Source: a virus. From it: DNA of 64,000 bases. Positions 35,162 through 44,676 of this stretch are shown here, one piece after another. The stretch is from positions 1-64,000 of IMG/VR virus record IMGVR_UViG_3300034107_001363. One strand, written 5' to 3'. Position numbers and translations under genes: made by a program. The notes beneath the pieces were generated by a model. The model did not search any database, was not told the origin of the DNA, and saw only the letters and a list, made by a program, of their open reading frames with translations. Every line of letters begins with the position of its first letter. Positions within the stretch are counted from its first letter, which is position 1.

Positions 35162-36954
35162 TCATGTCGAACACCATCATCCGCATCGACGCTGCTCCCA
35201 TTCGGATGAATGTGTCGGCGGCGCAAGGCCCGGGAGGTCTTCCGGGTATTCCGGGGCCAAACTCGGTCACCTCAGCCACGGCGAGCAACAGCACTGCCGA
35301 TCTCGACCTGCTCAACGTGGAAACGGTCACCGCGACCGTCAGCGGCACGCTCACTGCTAATCACATTCATGGTAATCTGGCTGGGAGTGTCTATGCACAC
35401 ATTCGTGCTGGAGAAGCTTTGACCAAAGGTGATCCGGTGTATGTTTCCGGCTTCCATCCCGGTTCATCGACAGCCGAGGTCATGAAGGCTGATGCGAGCA
35501 ACGCGGCAAAGATGCCCGCCATCGGCATCATGGATGCAAATGTGGCCCACAACAATACAGGGCACATGGTCATTGTCGGTAACGTCATCGACATCGACAC
35601 CTCCACCTTCTCAGTCAACGCCGAACTCTACGTCAAAGCAGGTGGAGGGCTTACGGGGACACCTCCAACGGCACGAGCGCAACCGGTGGCCCGCGTTGAA
35701 AGGGTCAACCTGAACAACGGGGCCATCATCGTCAAAGTCAACGGGCTGTCGGCATCGGACGCGACGGCGAACACGCTGGTGCGGCGGGATTCAAGTGGCG
35801 GGGCTCAGTTTTCAGACCTTGTGGCTACAACGTCTTTTGACGCTGGAATGTTTGCTGTTGACTCACTGGTAGGCAGCACCTTTGAGGCTGGCTCTAGCAT
35901 AGCATTTAACTCAACCACCTACACCTACGGCACCGGAGCCGCCTCCGCGCACCGAATCGCCCTCGGCGGGGTTGGCGACAGCAGCACCGGCACGGCGCTG
36001 TTTGGGGCGGCTGATGTAACGGCTGCTCTAACGACTCTCGGCGGCGGTAACGCAGCAACCGGAACGGGAGCGATTGTGCGGGCAACTTCGCCGACGCTGG
36101 TGACGCCTAACATTGGAGCGGCCACAGGACAGAGTCTAACCCTAACCGGTGATATAATCATTCCGAACGCCTCCTCTTTTAGAGGAGTTGAGAGTAGAAA
36201 CTCTATCATTCCGAACATTGGAGGCTCCCTTACAGTTAGTGGTTTCCTCGGAATTGCTTTCAGGACCGGAGCGACACCAACAGTCAGAGGTAGCATTTCA
36301 TCCACAGGTTGCCTAATTCTAGGATCAAATCCGGATACTGGGGTAGGTGGCGTTTCCGCGACAACCGTCACCGCCAGCGGCACCCTCGCTGTCACCGGAG
36401 CCAGCACGTTGACGGGGGGCGCGACATTCGGCGGGGGCACGCAGCAGGCAGCAACCCGCTTCGCCCTAGGCGCGACCACGACCGGCACCGGGCTGTTCAC
36501 AGCAGTAGATCCGGGAGCGGCGAGGACGGTCCTCGGTGCAACCACAACCGGAACGTCCGTGTTTACCGCAGCCAGCGCATCAGACGCCCGCATTGCGCTG
36601 GGTGGGGTTGGCGACAGCAGCACTGGAACGGCACTTTTTGGTGCAGCGACGGTGCCAGCGGCGAACACGATCCTAGCGAACAACATCGTCGAGAAGAACG
36701 CCGACTTCACGCTCGCGCAGACCGACGCCGGAACCTACATGCGGCTGACCAAAACCGGCAGCACGCAGCAGATCACGCTACCGGTATCAGGCATCTCGGC
36801 GGGCGCGGAATTCCAGTTCTACCGCATCACGACCCAAGCCCTTGCGTTCGCTGGCAGCGCGACCGTGAACGGCGCGGCGAACCTCGCGAGCGTCCCGACC
36901 AACGGCGCGTTCGCCCTGAAACACATCTCAAGCGGCACCTACGATTTCATCTGA
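35158..36954 (+). CDS. Tail/head fibre protein with internal repeats
   Basis: GEALTKGDPVYV...KADA...PAIG domain; duplicated RIALGGVGDSSTGTALFGAA. Confidence 0.75.
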   Translation: MIMSNTIIRIDAAPIRMNVSAAQGPGGLPGIPGPNSVTSATASNSTADLDLLNVETVTATVSGTLTANHIHGNLAGSVYAHIRAGEALTKGDPVYVSGFHPGSSTAEVMKADASNAAKMPAIGIMDANVAHNNTGHMVIVGNVIDIDTSTFSVNAELYVKAGGGLTGTPPTARAQPVARVERVNLNNGAIIVKVNGLSASDATANTLVRRDSSGGAQFSDLVATTSFDAGMFAVDSLVGSTFEAGSSIAFNSTTYTYGTGAASAHRIALGGVGDSSTGTALFGAADVTAALTTLGGGNAATGTGAIVRATSPTLVTPNIGAATGQSLTLTGDIIIPNASSFRGVESRNSIIPNIGGSLTVSGFLGIAFRTGATPTVRGSISSTGCLILGSNPDTGVGGVSATTVTASGTLAVTGASTLTGGATFGGGTQQAATRFALGATTTGTGLFTAVDPGAARTVLGATTTGTSVFTAASASDARIALGGVGDSSTGTALFGAATVPAANTILANNIVEKNADFTLAQTDAGTYMRLTKTGSTQQITLPVSGISAGAEFQFYRITTQALAFAGSATVNGAANLASVPTNGAFALKHISSGTYDFI

Positions 36955-38324
36955 TGTCCTCATTGCTTTCAATCATGTCGGCGGGCCGCAAACGAAACCT
37001 ACTCGGTGGGTTGGTCGATTGGTGGGATTCAGGCCTGACCAACGGGCAGCATTCGGGAATTGCGTTCACGAATGCGAGCTACAGTTTGACCACTGACCCT
37101 TTCGGGGGCAGCCTTGCTTACTACGCGGTTGCCGGGAGTGATACATTTCGTCCCGGACTACCCACGGCTATTTCGGCCCAGAATCCGTGGACGGTTGCTT
37201 GCGTTTTCTACAGAGGTGCAGGGGTTGGAATCTACGCCCTCGCACAGTCCGGTGGCACCTCACCAGCCGTTCTCCCCCAACCTGATGGGTCGGTATTCGT
37301 TCAAAGTTGGTTTGAACAGGCTGGACTAGGCACGATTATGCCCGCAGGAACAGTCTCTACGGGATGGCATTCTTTCGTGACAAGCTATGCCAGCGGAGTG
37401 GTTAACTTCTATTTGGATGGGGTGCTCCGCGCTACCAGATCGGTTTCACACACCACCTCAACTTGGCAGCCAGCATTCGTCTACTTCTTCAGGTTAGGAA
37501 CTGAAGCTCGATGCGCCGTCGGCGCTATCGCAACCCGAGCTTGGTCGTTGGGAGATGCCATTTCGTTCCACAATTCCGGCAGCTTCAAAAGGTATCGGGA
37601 TTTTTCCGGCTTTGAACCGGAGACCAACGTCTACCTTGCCAGAATTGTCGCGGCAGGCAGTTCGATCAGTTCTGGCAATTTGGGTGCGGTCAATACATTC
37701 ATCGCCGGATGCAAGGCGGATGGAATCTGGAACGCGATCAAGGCAAGCTGTCTGCTTGCCGGTGCCGACACTCTGGCGGGGGCGCTGATTCCGCTAGTTG
37801 GTCCAGTCCCGACGAATGGCGGCGGACTGTTTGTCTCTGGCGACTATTCAAGGACGACAGGATTACTGGGTGGAGGGGGACGACGGATTATCACCAATAG
37901 AGTGAACAGCGCGGACCTGCAAGACGACTGCCACGCAGCGATTTGGGTCACGGAAACAGGGTCGGGAACAACCGTTGGCCTTATTGGATCGAACAGCAAT
38001 ACCGGCGTCGCACAGCGTCGAATTTATCGGACCTCTACCGCTTGCAATGATATTTCTGGTAGTGCATACTCCGCTCCTGCCTCAGGGCTAATCGGAATAA
38101 GCCGATCGTCGCCAAGTAGCTATATTCGCCGCTCCAGCAATTCCGATGCGACGTTAAACGTTGCTTCTACAGGAAACCCCAGTTTTAACATTGCAATTTT
38201 TGCTCGCGACTTCCTCGGCGCGAGCAGTTGGGGTGGGCGTGCGTCTTTTTACTCCCTCGGCGGAAACCTCAACCTCGCTTTGCTCGACGCTCGCCTCGCA
38301 ACCTACATGTCATCCCTGACCTAA
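36954..38324 (+). CDS. Lectin-like (LamG/ConA) virion protein
   Basis: ATG at 36954; WH..V.SY....NFYLDG motif plus a second beta domain. Confidence 0.65.
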   Translation: MSSLLSIMSAGRKRNLLGGLVDWWDSGLTNGQHSGIAFTNASYSLTTDPFGGSLAYYAVAGSDTFRPGLPTAISAQNPWTVACVFYRGAGVGIYALAQSGGTSPAVLPQPDGSVFVQSWFEQAGLGTIMPAGTVSTGWHSFVTSYASGVVNFYLDGVLRATRSVSHTTSTWQPAFVYFFRLGTEARCAVGAIATRAWSLGDAISFHNSGSFKRYRDFSGFEPETNVYLARIVAAGSSISSGNLGAVNTFIAGCKADGIWNAIKASCLLAGADTLAGALIPLVGPVPTNGGGLFVSGDYSRTTGLLGGGGRRIITNRVNSADLQDDCHAAIWVTETGSGTTVGLIGSNSNTGVAQRRIYRTSTACNDISGSAYSAPASGLIGISRSSPSSYIRRSSNSDATLNVASTGNPSFNIAIFARDFLGASSWGGRASFYSLGGNLNLALLDARLATYMSSLT

Positions 38325-38328
38325 TCCC

Positions 38329-38775
38329 ATGTCCCTACTCACCCCAACCGAATCCGTCACCGCCCGCATCGCCGCCGATGCTGGCGCTCTCGCCGCACAT
38401 CTGCGAAACGCCATCGTGCTCGCGAACCGCATCACCGGCCACGCGCTCGACCTGCCGACTGCCGAGTTGAACGAGTGGCTGAACGCCCGACCGATGGAGC
38501 AGCGATACGAAGAGTTCACCGCGCACGGCGTGACGGGCGACGCGCTCAACGAAGCAGCCTTCAACAGCGAGGTCGCAACGGGCGCACTGAACCACAGCCT
38601 CGGACGCGTGGACACCCGCAGCGTCCTCGACAAGCTCCTCGATCAGGGTCGCACGCTCGACATCGTCAATGGCGCGTTCGTGGTGGCAGACATCCCGGAG
38701 GAAGAACCTGAACCTGAACCCGAGCCTGAGCCGCAGCCTGAGCCTGAACCGGAGCCTGAACCGGAGATTGAATGA
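38329..38775 (+). CDS. Hypothetical protein with a C-terminal (PE)n tail
   Basis: 148 aa; EPEPEP repeat at 38700-38770. Confidence 0.7.
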   Translation: MSLLTPTESVTARIAADAGALAAHLRNAIVLANRITGHALDLPTAELNEWLNARPMEQRYEEFTAHGVTGDALNEAAFNSEVATGALNHSLGRVDTRSVLDKLLDQGRTLDIVNGAFVVADIPEEEPEPEPEPEPQPEPEPEPEPEIE

Positions 38776-38972
38776 CCCAAGACTTTATCGCGGACGCCTG
38801 TGACGCGCTTGTCCAAGGAAAACAGGCATTCTTGATTATTGTCTTTACTGAAGACTCGTCGATTGTCCACTCCTCCCTCGATGAGAAACACCCTTCCGTT
38901 CTTCACGACTGGATGACCAGCGGGCATTGGAACCTGATTCTGCAAGAACACCTCGACAGCCTCGGCTCATGA
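38772..38972 (+). CDS. Hypothetical protein
   Basis: 66 aa; ATGA coupling on both sides. Confidence 0.55.
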   Translation: MTQDFIADACDALVQGKQAFLIIVFTEDSSIVHSSLDEKHPSVLHDWMTSGHWNLILQEHLDSLGS

Positions 38973-39580
38973 AAACTCCTCAGGCATCCCGTGAAACCGT
39001 GTTGGAATTGGCCCGTGAAGAATGGGCGCGTTCAGGCCCGGACCTGCCATTCCCGTTGTATGTCATTGTTGCCTTTCGGGGATATTGGCCGCAGTCGATG
39101 GGTCCGACTCCCGGAAACGACCCCAGCGTGTGGGATGACGCGTGGTATTTCATCGCTCCCGGCAAATTGAGGAAGACTGATGCCAATACCGACCCGAGTC
39201 GGTATGGTTGGAACTCCGGGACAGACAAGCCAATGGCCGTGCTCAACACCGGCTGCTGGCCTTTCCGCAGGGGGCCGCACAAGGGCCGCACTCCGGCGCT
39301 GCGTCAGTTCACCGAGCAGGAAGCCCGCAAGGCCAAGGTGCCTGACGACGGGCGCTTCAGCGTGACGCGGACCTACAAGGTGGGTGATCCACGAAACTAC
39401 GTTGAGGGCGGATACTACGCGATTAACTGCCATCCGGGCGGGATCAACGTAACGTCCTCCGAGGGCTGCCAGACTCTGCCTCGCGACGTTGCTGACGACA
39501 TCCTGTGGGACATCTGGAAAACAACCGAGCGGGCCGGAGTGGACGTGATTTGGTACATCCTGATTGAAGGCCCGATTTAG
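38969..39580 (+). CDS. Putative endolysin, L,D-transpeptidase/YkuD-like
   Basis: INCHPGG....SSEGCQ fits the HxG...SxGC catalytic motif. Confidence 0.65.
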   Translation: MKTPQASRETVLELAREEWARSGPDLPFPLYVIVAFRGYWPQSMGPTPGNDPSVWDDAWYFIAPGKLRKTDANTDPSRYGWNSGTDKPMAVLNTGCWPFRRGPHKGRTPALRQFTEQEARKAKVPDDGRFSVTRTYKVGDPRNYVEGGYYAINCHPGGINVTSSEGCQTLPRDVADDILWDIWKTTERAGVDVIWYILIEGPI

Positions 39581-39634
39581 TCAGGCTAAAACGAGAAGTC
39601 TTGATAGTTCCCCAAGTTTTACTACTCTCCTGCA

Positions 39635-42600
39635 ATGGCCAAGGCATTACCTGATCCCTCTCCTGAACGGTTCCCGGTCCTCAGTTTCGAGGGGATCGGC
39701 GCCGATCTGTTCTTTTGGGAAAAGGTCGACCTTAAGATGCGGCGCAATCGGGACGCTGCAATTGGAACCCCTCATTGGGACATTGTCCTCTATCCCAACC
39801 ACAAGTTGGTACACAAAACCCCGCTCGATGCGGCAGGTCAATGGTACAAGTTCTTCTACGCTGCTGACAGGGAAAATCAGGACGATTACAACTGGCAGTT
39901 TGATGGCAGTTCCTTGACCCGGACCTACGTGCTGCCCCGGGAGGCCTACTTGCAGAACATTGGCACGCTCTACGGGGCTGAGGCACGGGCCGCCACGGTT
40001 GGGGTGGCTGATGAGGTGTTCGGCCTTTACGGTTTCACCCATGAGGAAGTTCAGCGGGCTCCCAAGGAGCTGGAATCGCTTTACGTCATTCTGACCCGGG
40101 TGTTCCAGCAGATTACCAAGACCAAGCAGTTTTTTGACAATGAACTGGGAGTGAAAGTGCTTGAAACCACCCAAATCGTAGCACGCGGCAGCATGGCCGC
40201 TTCTTCTGCGGCGGGTCTGGTGGTCGAGATCAATCCGGTCAACCAGTTCTACGACATCAAGGTAACTCAAGCGGTTGGAACAATCACGCTGTCGGCAGGC
40301 GTTCCTGTGGTGACCCCGCTGGCCTACCCTTTTAAGCGTGATTCGTTGCCATCGGATTCGAGCTATCAGTTTCCACCGCTCTTGCGGAACGTCTCGATTG
40401 AAGCCGCGTGGGCCTACGCTGATTCTGCCACTGCTGCTCGGGCTTACGACGAAGCTTGGTATTTCAAATATGAATTGATCGAACCGGCGCCGGGGCCTTA
40501 CGAAGCTCGCATCTTGCGTTATCTCACTGGAGATCCTGACGAGTTGTCTACCCAGTTCACCGTCGACACTCCACCTGCTACCCCGCGTGAAGTCATCGGC
40601 ATTGCAGGCTGGTGGTTCCACGCTTCGACCAAGGGCAACAGCGCCTTCGCTGAGGCTCGCGAGGAAGTAATCCCCTCGTCGATCCACGAGCGGCTTGAAA
40701 TTGATGTGAATGGCATTGTGGCGCTCAGCAACCGGCTTTCCACGACCGTGCTCGAAGAGACTCCCGGCTTTGAGGAGTTTTCCACGCGCCGTTCGATGAT
40801 CATTGGCTACGAACCCCGGATCACGCGCTACGGCCTCTACGAAATCAGGATCATTGAACTCAACACCACTGGTCTTTACGGAGGAGTCAAAGTGCCAATG
40901 GGGTCAGTGGAAGGAGATGGAGGCTCAACTGGTGCCTCAATTCCCGGCAATACCCTCAAGCCGGAGGCTCCGGTGGCCATGATTAGCGCCGACAACCTGA
41001 CCGTTTCAGGCACCACCTATTCTAATGGGGCCGTGACAGTGATTGAGACGTCAACAGGAACTGTGGTTGGCCGAGTGACTGCTGACATCAACGGGGACTA
41101 CTCGCTTCTTCTGACTGCCGAATACCTCGACCCGGTTGGATTGACCGTGATAGTTCGTTACAACGGTCAGACCAGCTACTCTACTACACTGACCACCTAC
41201 GATTTGACCCCGTTTGCTCCTCTGGCATCGATTGATTCAGGTGGCACTACCGTGACGGGAATTACCGAGCCCGGTGCCACTGTAAGCATTCTTCTTAAAA
41301 GAGCGCAAGTTGAGTCCATCGTTACGATTGGTGCTGCTACTAGCACTGCCGACGTGATTGTCACCGTGTCAGGAATGGATATTATTGGCAGCCCGCTAGC
41401 CATTAATGTCCCTGTAACTTCCGGTGATTCAGATGTGGTTGTTGCTGACGCAATTAAATCGAGTATTGGAATGACTACCGCCATCACCGATTTCTATACG
41501 GTCGGAGGATCTGGCACCACGATTACCTTGACGGAGATTTCTCCCAATGGCGATGACAACACTCTTAACATCGCAATCGACGGAACCACCAATGCGACCG
41601 GAATTTCGGATGTCCCGACGTCCACTGACGACACTCCCGGATTGGTCGATTCATTTTCTTCTACCGCTAATGGCAGCGGGAATTTCAGCTATACTTTTTC
41701 TCCGACCTTGTTGAATGAGGACATTCTGGAAATCACTGCCACTGATAACGGTGGGACAAGCCCCGTGACGACCGTAAGATTTGATGGCGATCCGCCGACC
41801 ATCACAAGTGCAACGTTTCTTACTGCAACTAGCATTACCGGCGTTTGCACTCCTTTGAGTATTGTTCGAGCCTACCTTGTTGATGGTACCGAAATTGGCA
41901 ATAATACGGCGGGGTTTTCAGGATCGTTTGCTATCACCTTGTCCGTTAGCCGGATTCGCGGCGAGGTTGTGCGACTGGTGGCGGAAGATCCAAGCGACCC
42001 AGCCAATCGCAGCGGGGTAACAACCATCACTGCGCCTGATTTGAACTTGGCGATTCCTGTTCTTACTTATACTTCGGCTGGCTGGATTGGAACAAAGCCA
42101 ATTGGATCGACCAGCATTGTTTATCGAATTGCAACCCTTGCCTTAGCTGAAGTGGTGGTCACTCCATTTGCCAATGGTAATTTCGCCTTCAACCTGCCGA
42201 CCTACGGAGGAGAGCGCTATCAAGTGGTTGCTCGCTATGCTAGTGGTGACTCCGACCCGGTTTACATCAATGCTCAAGACATTCCGCTCGCTCCGATTAA
42301 AACGGCTTTTATTGCCAGTGGTGCTTTTCCAAATAATTGGCTCGATGGCGCCCCGGGTGGCAGTTACGCTCACGTTAATGGATATTATGGCGCTATCTAC
42401 AAAAGTGGTTACTCTAACTGGCTAATTGACGCCGTTAAGCCTGGCGACAACGGAATCTTTTTTTACGTTCCTTACCAAGCAGGGATGACGGTCCAGTTTA
42501 CTTTCCCCGGTCAGGCCCTTAATACTGTCAACCATTCTCCGGGAGGCACCAACTTTGGCACTGACTACCGCTACAAAATCGGGGTTTCGCCTCTTAATAC

Positions 42601-42736
42601 TAGTCCGTTGACCACTACCGTCTTGCCGACCTTGATGAACATTGTTGCCACCTATCCAGACGGGCGAACGGTTTCAGCATTTTTTGACCGGGCCGTTCTT
42701 AACTATAAATACCTTAACTCTTTTTTGATTCAGTGA
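39635..42736 (+). CDS. Tail protein with C-terminal Ig-like repeats
   Basis: 1033 aa; repeats such as TTVTGITEPGATV and TANGSGNFS. Confidence 0.75.
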   Translation: MAKALPDPSPERFPVLSFEGIGADLFFWEKVDLKMRRNRDAAIGTPHWDIVLYPNHKLVHKTPLDAAGQWYKFFYAADRENQDDYNWQFDGSSLTRTYVLPREAYLQNIGTLYGAEARAATVGVADEVFGLYGFTHEEVQRAPKELESLYVILTRVFQQITKTKQFFDNELGVKVLETTQIVARGSMAASSAAGLVVEINPVNQFYDIKVTQAVGTITLSAGVPVVTPLAYPFKRDSLPSDSSYQFPPLLRNVSIEAAWAYADSATAARAYDEAWYFKYELIEPAPGPYEARILRYLTGDPDELSTQFTVDTPPATPREVIGIAGWWFHASTKGNSAFAEAREEVIPSSIHERLEIDVNGIVALSNRLSTTVLEETPGFEEFSTRRSMIIGYEPRITRYGLYEIRIIELNTTGLYGGVKVPMGSVEGDGGSTGASIPGNTLKPEAPVAMISADNLTVSGTTYSNGAVTVIETSTGTVVGRVTADINGDYSLLLTAEYLDPVGLTVIVRYNGQTSYSTTLTTYDLTPFAPLASIDSGGTTVTGITEPGATVSILLKRAQVESIVTIGAATSTADVIVTVSGMDIIGSPLAINVPVTSGDSDVVVADAIKSSIGMTTAITDFYTVGGSGTTITLTEISPNGDDNTLNIAIDGTTNATGISDVPTSTDDTPGLVDSFSSTANGSGNFSYTFSPTLLNEDILEITATDNGGTSPVTTVRFDGDPPTITSATFLTATSITGVCTPLSIVRAYLVDGTEIGNNTAGFSGSFAITLSVSRIRGEVVRLVAEDPSDPANRSGVTTITAPDLNLAIPVLTYTSAGWIGTKPIGSTSIVYRIATLALAEVVVTPFANGNFAFNLPTYGGERYQVVARYASGDSDPVYINAQDIPLAPIKTAFIASGAFPNNWLDGAPGGSYAHVNGYYGAIYKSGYSNWLIDAVKPGDNGIFFYVPYQAGMTVQFTFPGQALNTVNHSPGGTNFGTDYRYKIGVSPLNTSPLTTTVLPTLMNIVATYPDGRTVSAFFDRAVLNYKYLNSFLIQ

Positions 42737-43032
42737 GCGAGCCTGTATTCCAGACTATAATTGTCCGGTCGTCTTCCTCGAGTTTGTTTCCGGGAGGATG
42801 GCCTCGTCTTGTCTCGCGTGATTCCCGCCCTAAAAGCGGAGGAAAAACCAAGAACGAAGCAGTTGGGGGTGACGGAACTTTGACGTTCATTGACTGCGAT
42901 GGAGCCACTTTGGCAAGCATTGGCTGGCAACGAGGAGAAATTCAAAACAGTGGCAATCAAGTTGTTGAAGTGGGCAGTTGTCCCGAAGGAACAGGCACAG
43001 GCTCAGGCACAGGCTCAGAACCACCACCATGA
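42733..43032 (+). CDS. Hypothetical protein
   Basis: 99 aa; coupled. Confidence 0.55.
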   Translation: MSEPVFQTIIVRSSSSSLFPGGWPRLVSRDSRPKSGGKTKNEAVGGDGTLTFIDCDGATLASIGWQRGEIQNSGNQVVEVGSCPEGTGTGSGTGSEPPP

Positions 43033-43706
43033 TTCACACTGCCGTCATCATTCAAGATCCTGCTGGTTATTCCGAGCGATGCAGAGCTTTGAAGCAGGCT
43101 CATCCACACGCTTTTGCGGTTTCGCCAGAGGACAAGCCTCATGCTCACACCTTGTCGGTGGCCATTCCGGATGAATGGCTTCCGGCTGACCTGACAATTT
43201 CCTTTAGTCGACGTTGCTGGCACCGTGCCCACACCTTGGGCCTTGCTGCCGTCCAAAAGCTCGCCATTGACGCTGACTACTATTGGTTCATCGAATCGGA
43301 TTGCGTTGCCTCACAGGAGCGCTGGAAAGCCTTGTTTGCTTCTCACGCCACAAACCCGGCCGATTGCGTCTCCAATCGATTTCGTTCCCGGGCTGAAACC
43401 AAAGACAACTTTTGGTGGACTCATCCCGGCACCCCTGACTGGGCGACCCATTTTTACGTCCCGGCTTGCCATCGATTGTCCCGACGGGCAGTCGACGAAC
43501 TAATCCGGACGGCCGAGGAGACTCGCGAGTGTTTTTGCGAACATGCGTTAGCCAGCACCATCGTCCGGGCTGGCTTGACGTTCTCAAACGCAAACATTCC
43601 AGTTACTCACTGGAACCGTCAAACCTACCGATTTTCTGCTGAGGCTGTAATCCCTAATCCAAACTTTCTTTGCCATCCGGTGAAGGAGAATAGTTTCGGT
43701 CCTTGA
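43029..43706 (+). CDS. DUF3405-like putative glycosyltransferase
   Basis: DYYWFIESD, RLSRRA, E....T and terminal HPVK motifs. Confidence 0.6.
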   Translation: MIHTAVIIQDPAGYSERCRALKQAHPHAFAVSPEDKPHAHTLSVAIPDEWLPADLTISFSRRCWHRAHTLGLAAVQKLAIDADYYWFIESDCVASQERWKALFASHATNPADCVSNRFRSRAETKDNFWWTHPGTPDWATHFYVPACHRLSRRAVDELIRTAEETRECFCEHALASTIVRAGLTFSNANIPVTHWNRQTYRFSAEAVIPNPNFLCHPVKENSFGP

Positions 43707-43737
43707 AGTTTTCCTGATTGTCTTCATTATCGTCCCA

Positions 43738-44673
43738 ATGGCCAAGCTCATGACCTACTCCCAAGCGATCAGCCGGTTTGCCAATTTGGCGACTACCGGG
43801 ATCGGCATCGAGGAAGCAATCCGTGAAGCGGTTGACCGAATTTACGAAATGGGTCGATGGCCGGGCACTACGGTTGAGGTTGAGTTAGCCGAGTCTGACT
43901 TCATCGCTGGGGAGAATGACCACGAGTGGTTTGTCTACTTCAACGAGGATACCTACGACGGGGCAATTGGCTTCCGTAATAACCACCGTGGCTGGTCAAT
44001 TGTTGACCACTCCTCGCTCTATCGCGACGGGATTAATGCTGGCGACCGGGAGTTTGTGGACTATGGGACAGTTCAGTATGCAACTGGCAATCTCACTTTC
44101 ACGGGCGCTTTGACTAGCAATGGATCAACCGTTGTGACCATCCCGCTTTTAATCCCAACCACTAATGGCGACAACATCCAGACGTGGTCTGACACCGGGG
44201 ACTGGGACACTGCTGACTACGCCTACCACATTTCTGACGCCAATTCCAACAACCGTTACATTACTGCGGTTGGGGGAACGGTAAACTGGTCTTCTACCAA
44301 TGGTGGCACTACGTGGACTCCTGCTGGCTCTGCAACCGGTAGTCCAGTGCTGGAATTGGAATATGAAAGCCGAAGGAAATACCGCGCTCCACTAGGCTTC
44401 TGTCCGGATCAAGGCCCTTACTTTGCGCTGATGAAGCTGGAAGCTCCTGAACTCGAGGACGACACCATCATTCCAATTCATTCGGCTGGGGCACTCAAGA
44501 CTGCCATCCTTGCGGTTTGCCAGGAGTATGTGAACGACGACGACCGAGCGATGCTCAATTGGCAGAAGTTCGATTCATTCATCACCAAGGCAGCCAAGCA
44601 GGTTGACGGGCCGAAGCGCTGGTCAATTGGAATGGATTCGTCGCTTCGCCGCAAACCAACCCAATTTCTCTGA
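43738..44673 (+). CDS. Head-tail adaptor/tail tubular-like protein with an inserted beta domain
   Basis: Helical N- and C-termini; position before the ejection genes. Confidence 0.5.
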   Translation: MAKLMTYSQAISRFANLATTGIGIEEAIREAVDRIYEMGRWPGTTVEVELAESDFIAGENDHEWFVYFNEDTYDGAIGFRNNHRGWSIVDHSSLYRDGINAGDREFVDYGTVQYATGNLTFTGALTSNGSTVVTIPLLIPTTNGDNIQTWSDTGDWDTADYAYHISDANSNNRYITAVGGTVNWSSTNGGTTWTPAGSATGSPVLELEYESRRKYRAPLGFCPDQGPYFALMKLEAPELEDDTIIPIHSAGALKTAILAVCQEYVNDDDRAMLNWQKFDSFITKAAKQVDGPKRWSIGMDSSLRRKPTQFL

Positions 44674-44676
44674 ACC

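Noticed and set aside
35940-36650. Diversity-generating retroelement TR/VR pair in the fibre gene
   Set aside because: The repeats are in-frame protein repeats with synonymous differences rather than adenine-specific changes; no reverse transcriptase seen
36309-36953. Long N-terminal extension of ORF 36309..38324
   Set aside because: Overlaps the fibre gene in another frame; the ATG at 36954 coupled to the upstream stop is the likely start
38700-38770. 6-bp tandem repeat
   Set aside because: Encodes an ordinary (PE)n low-complexity tail
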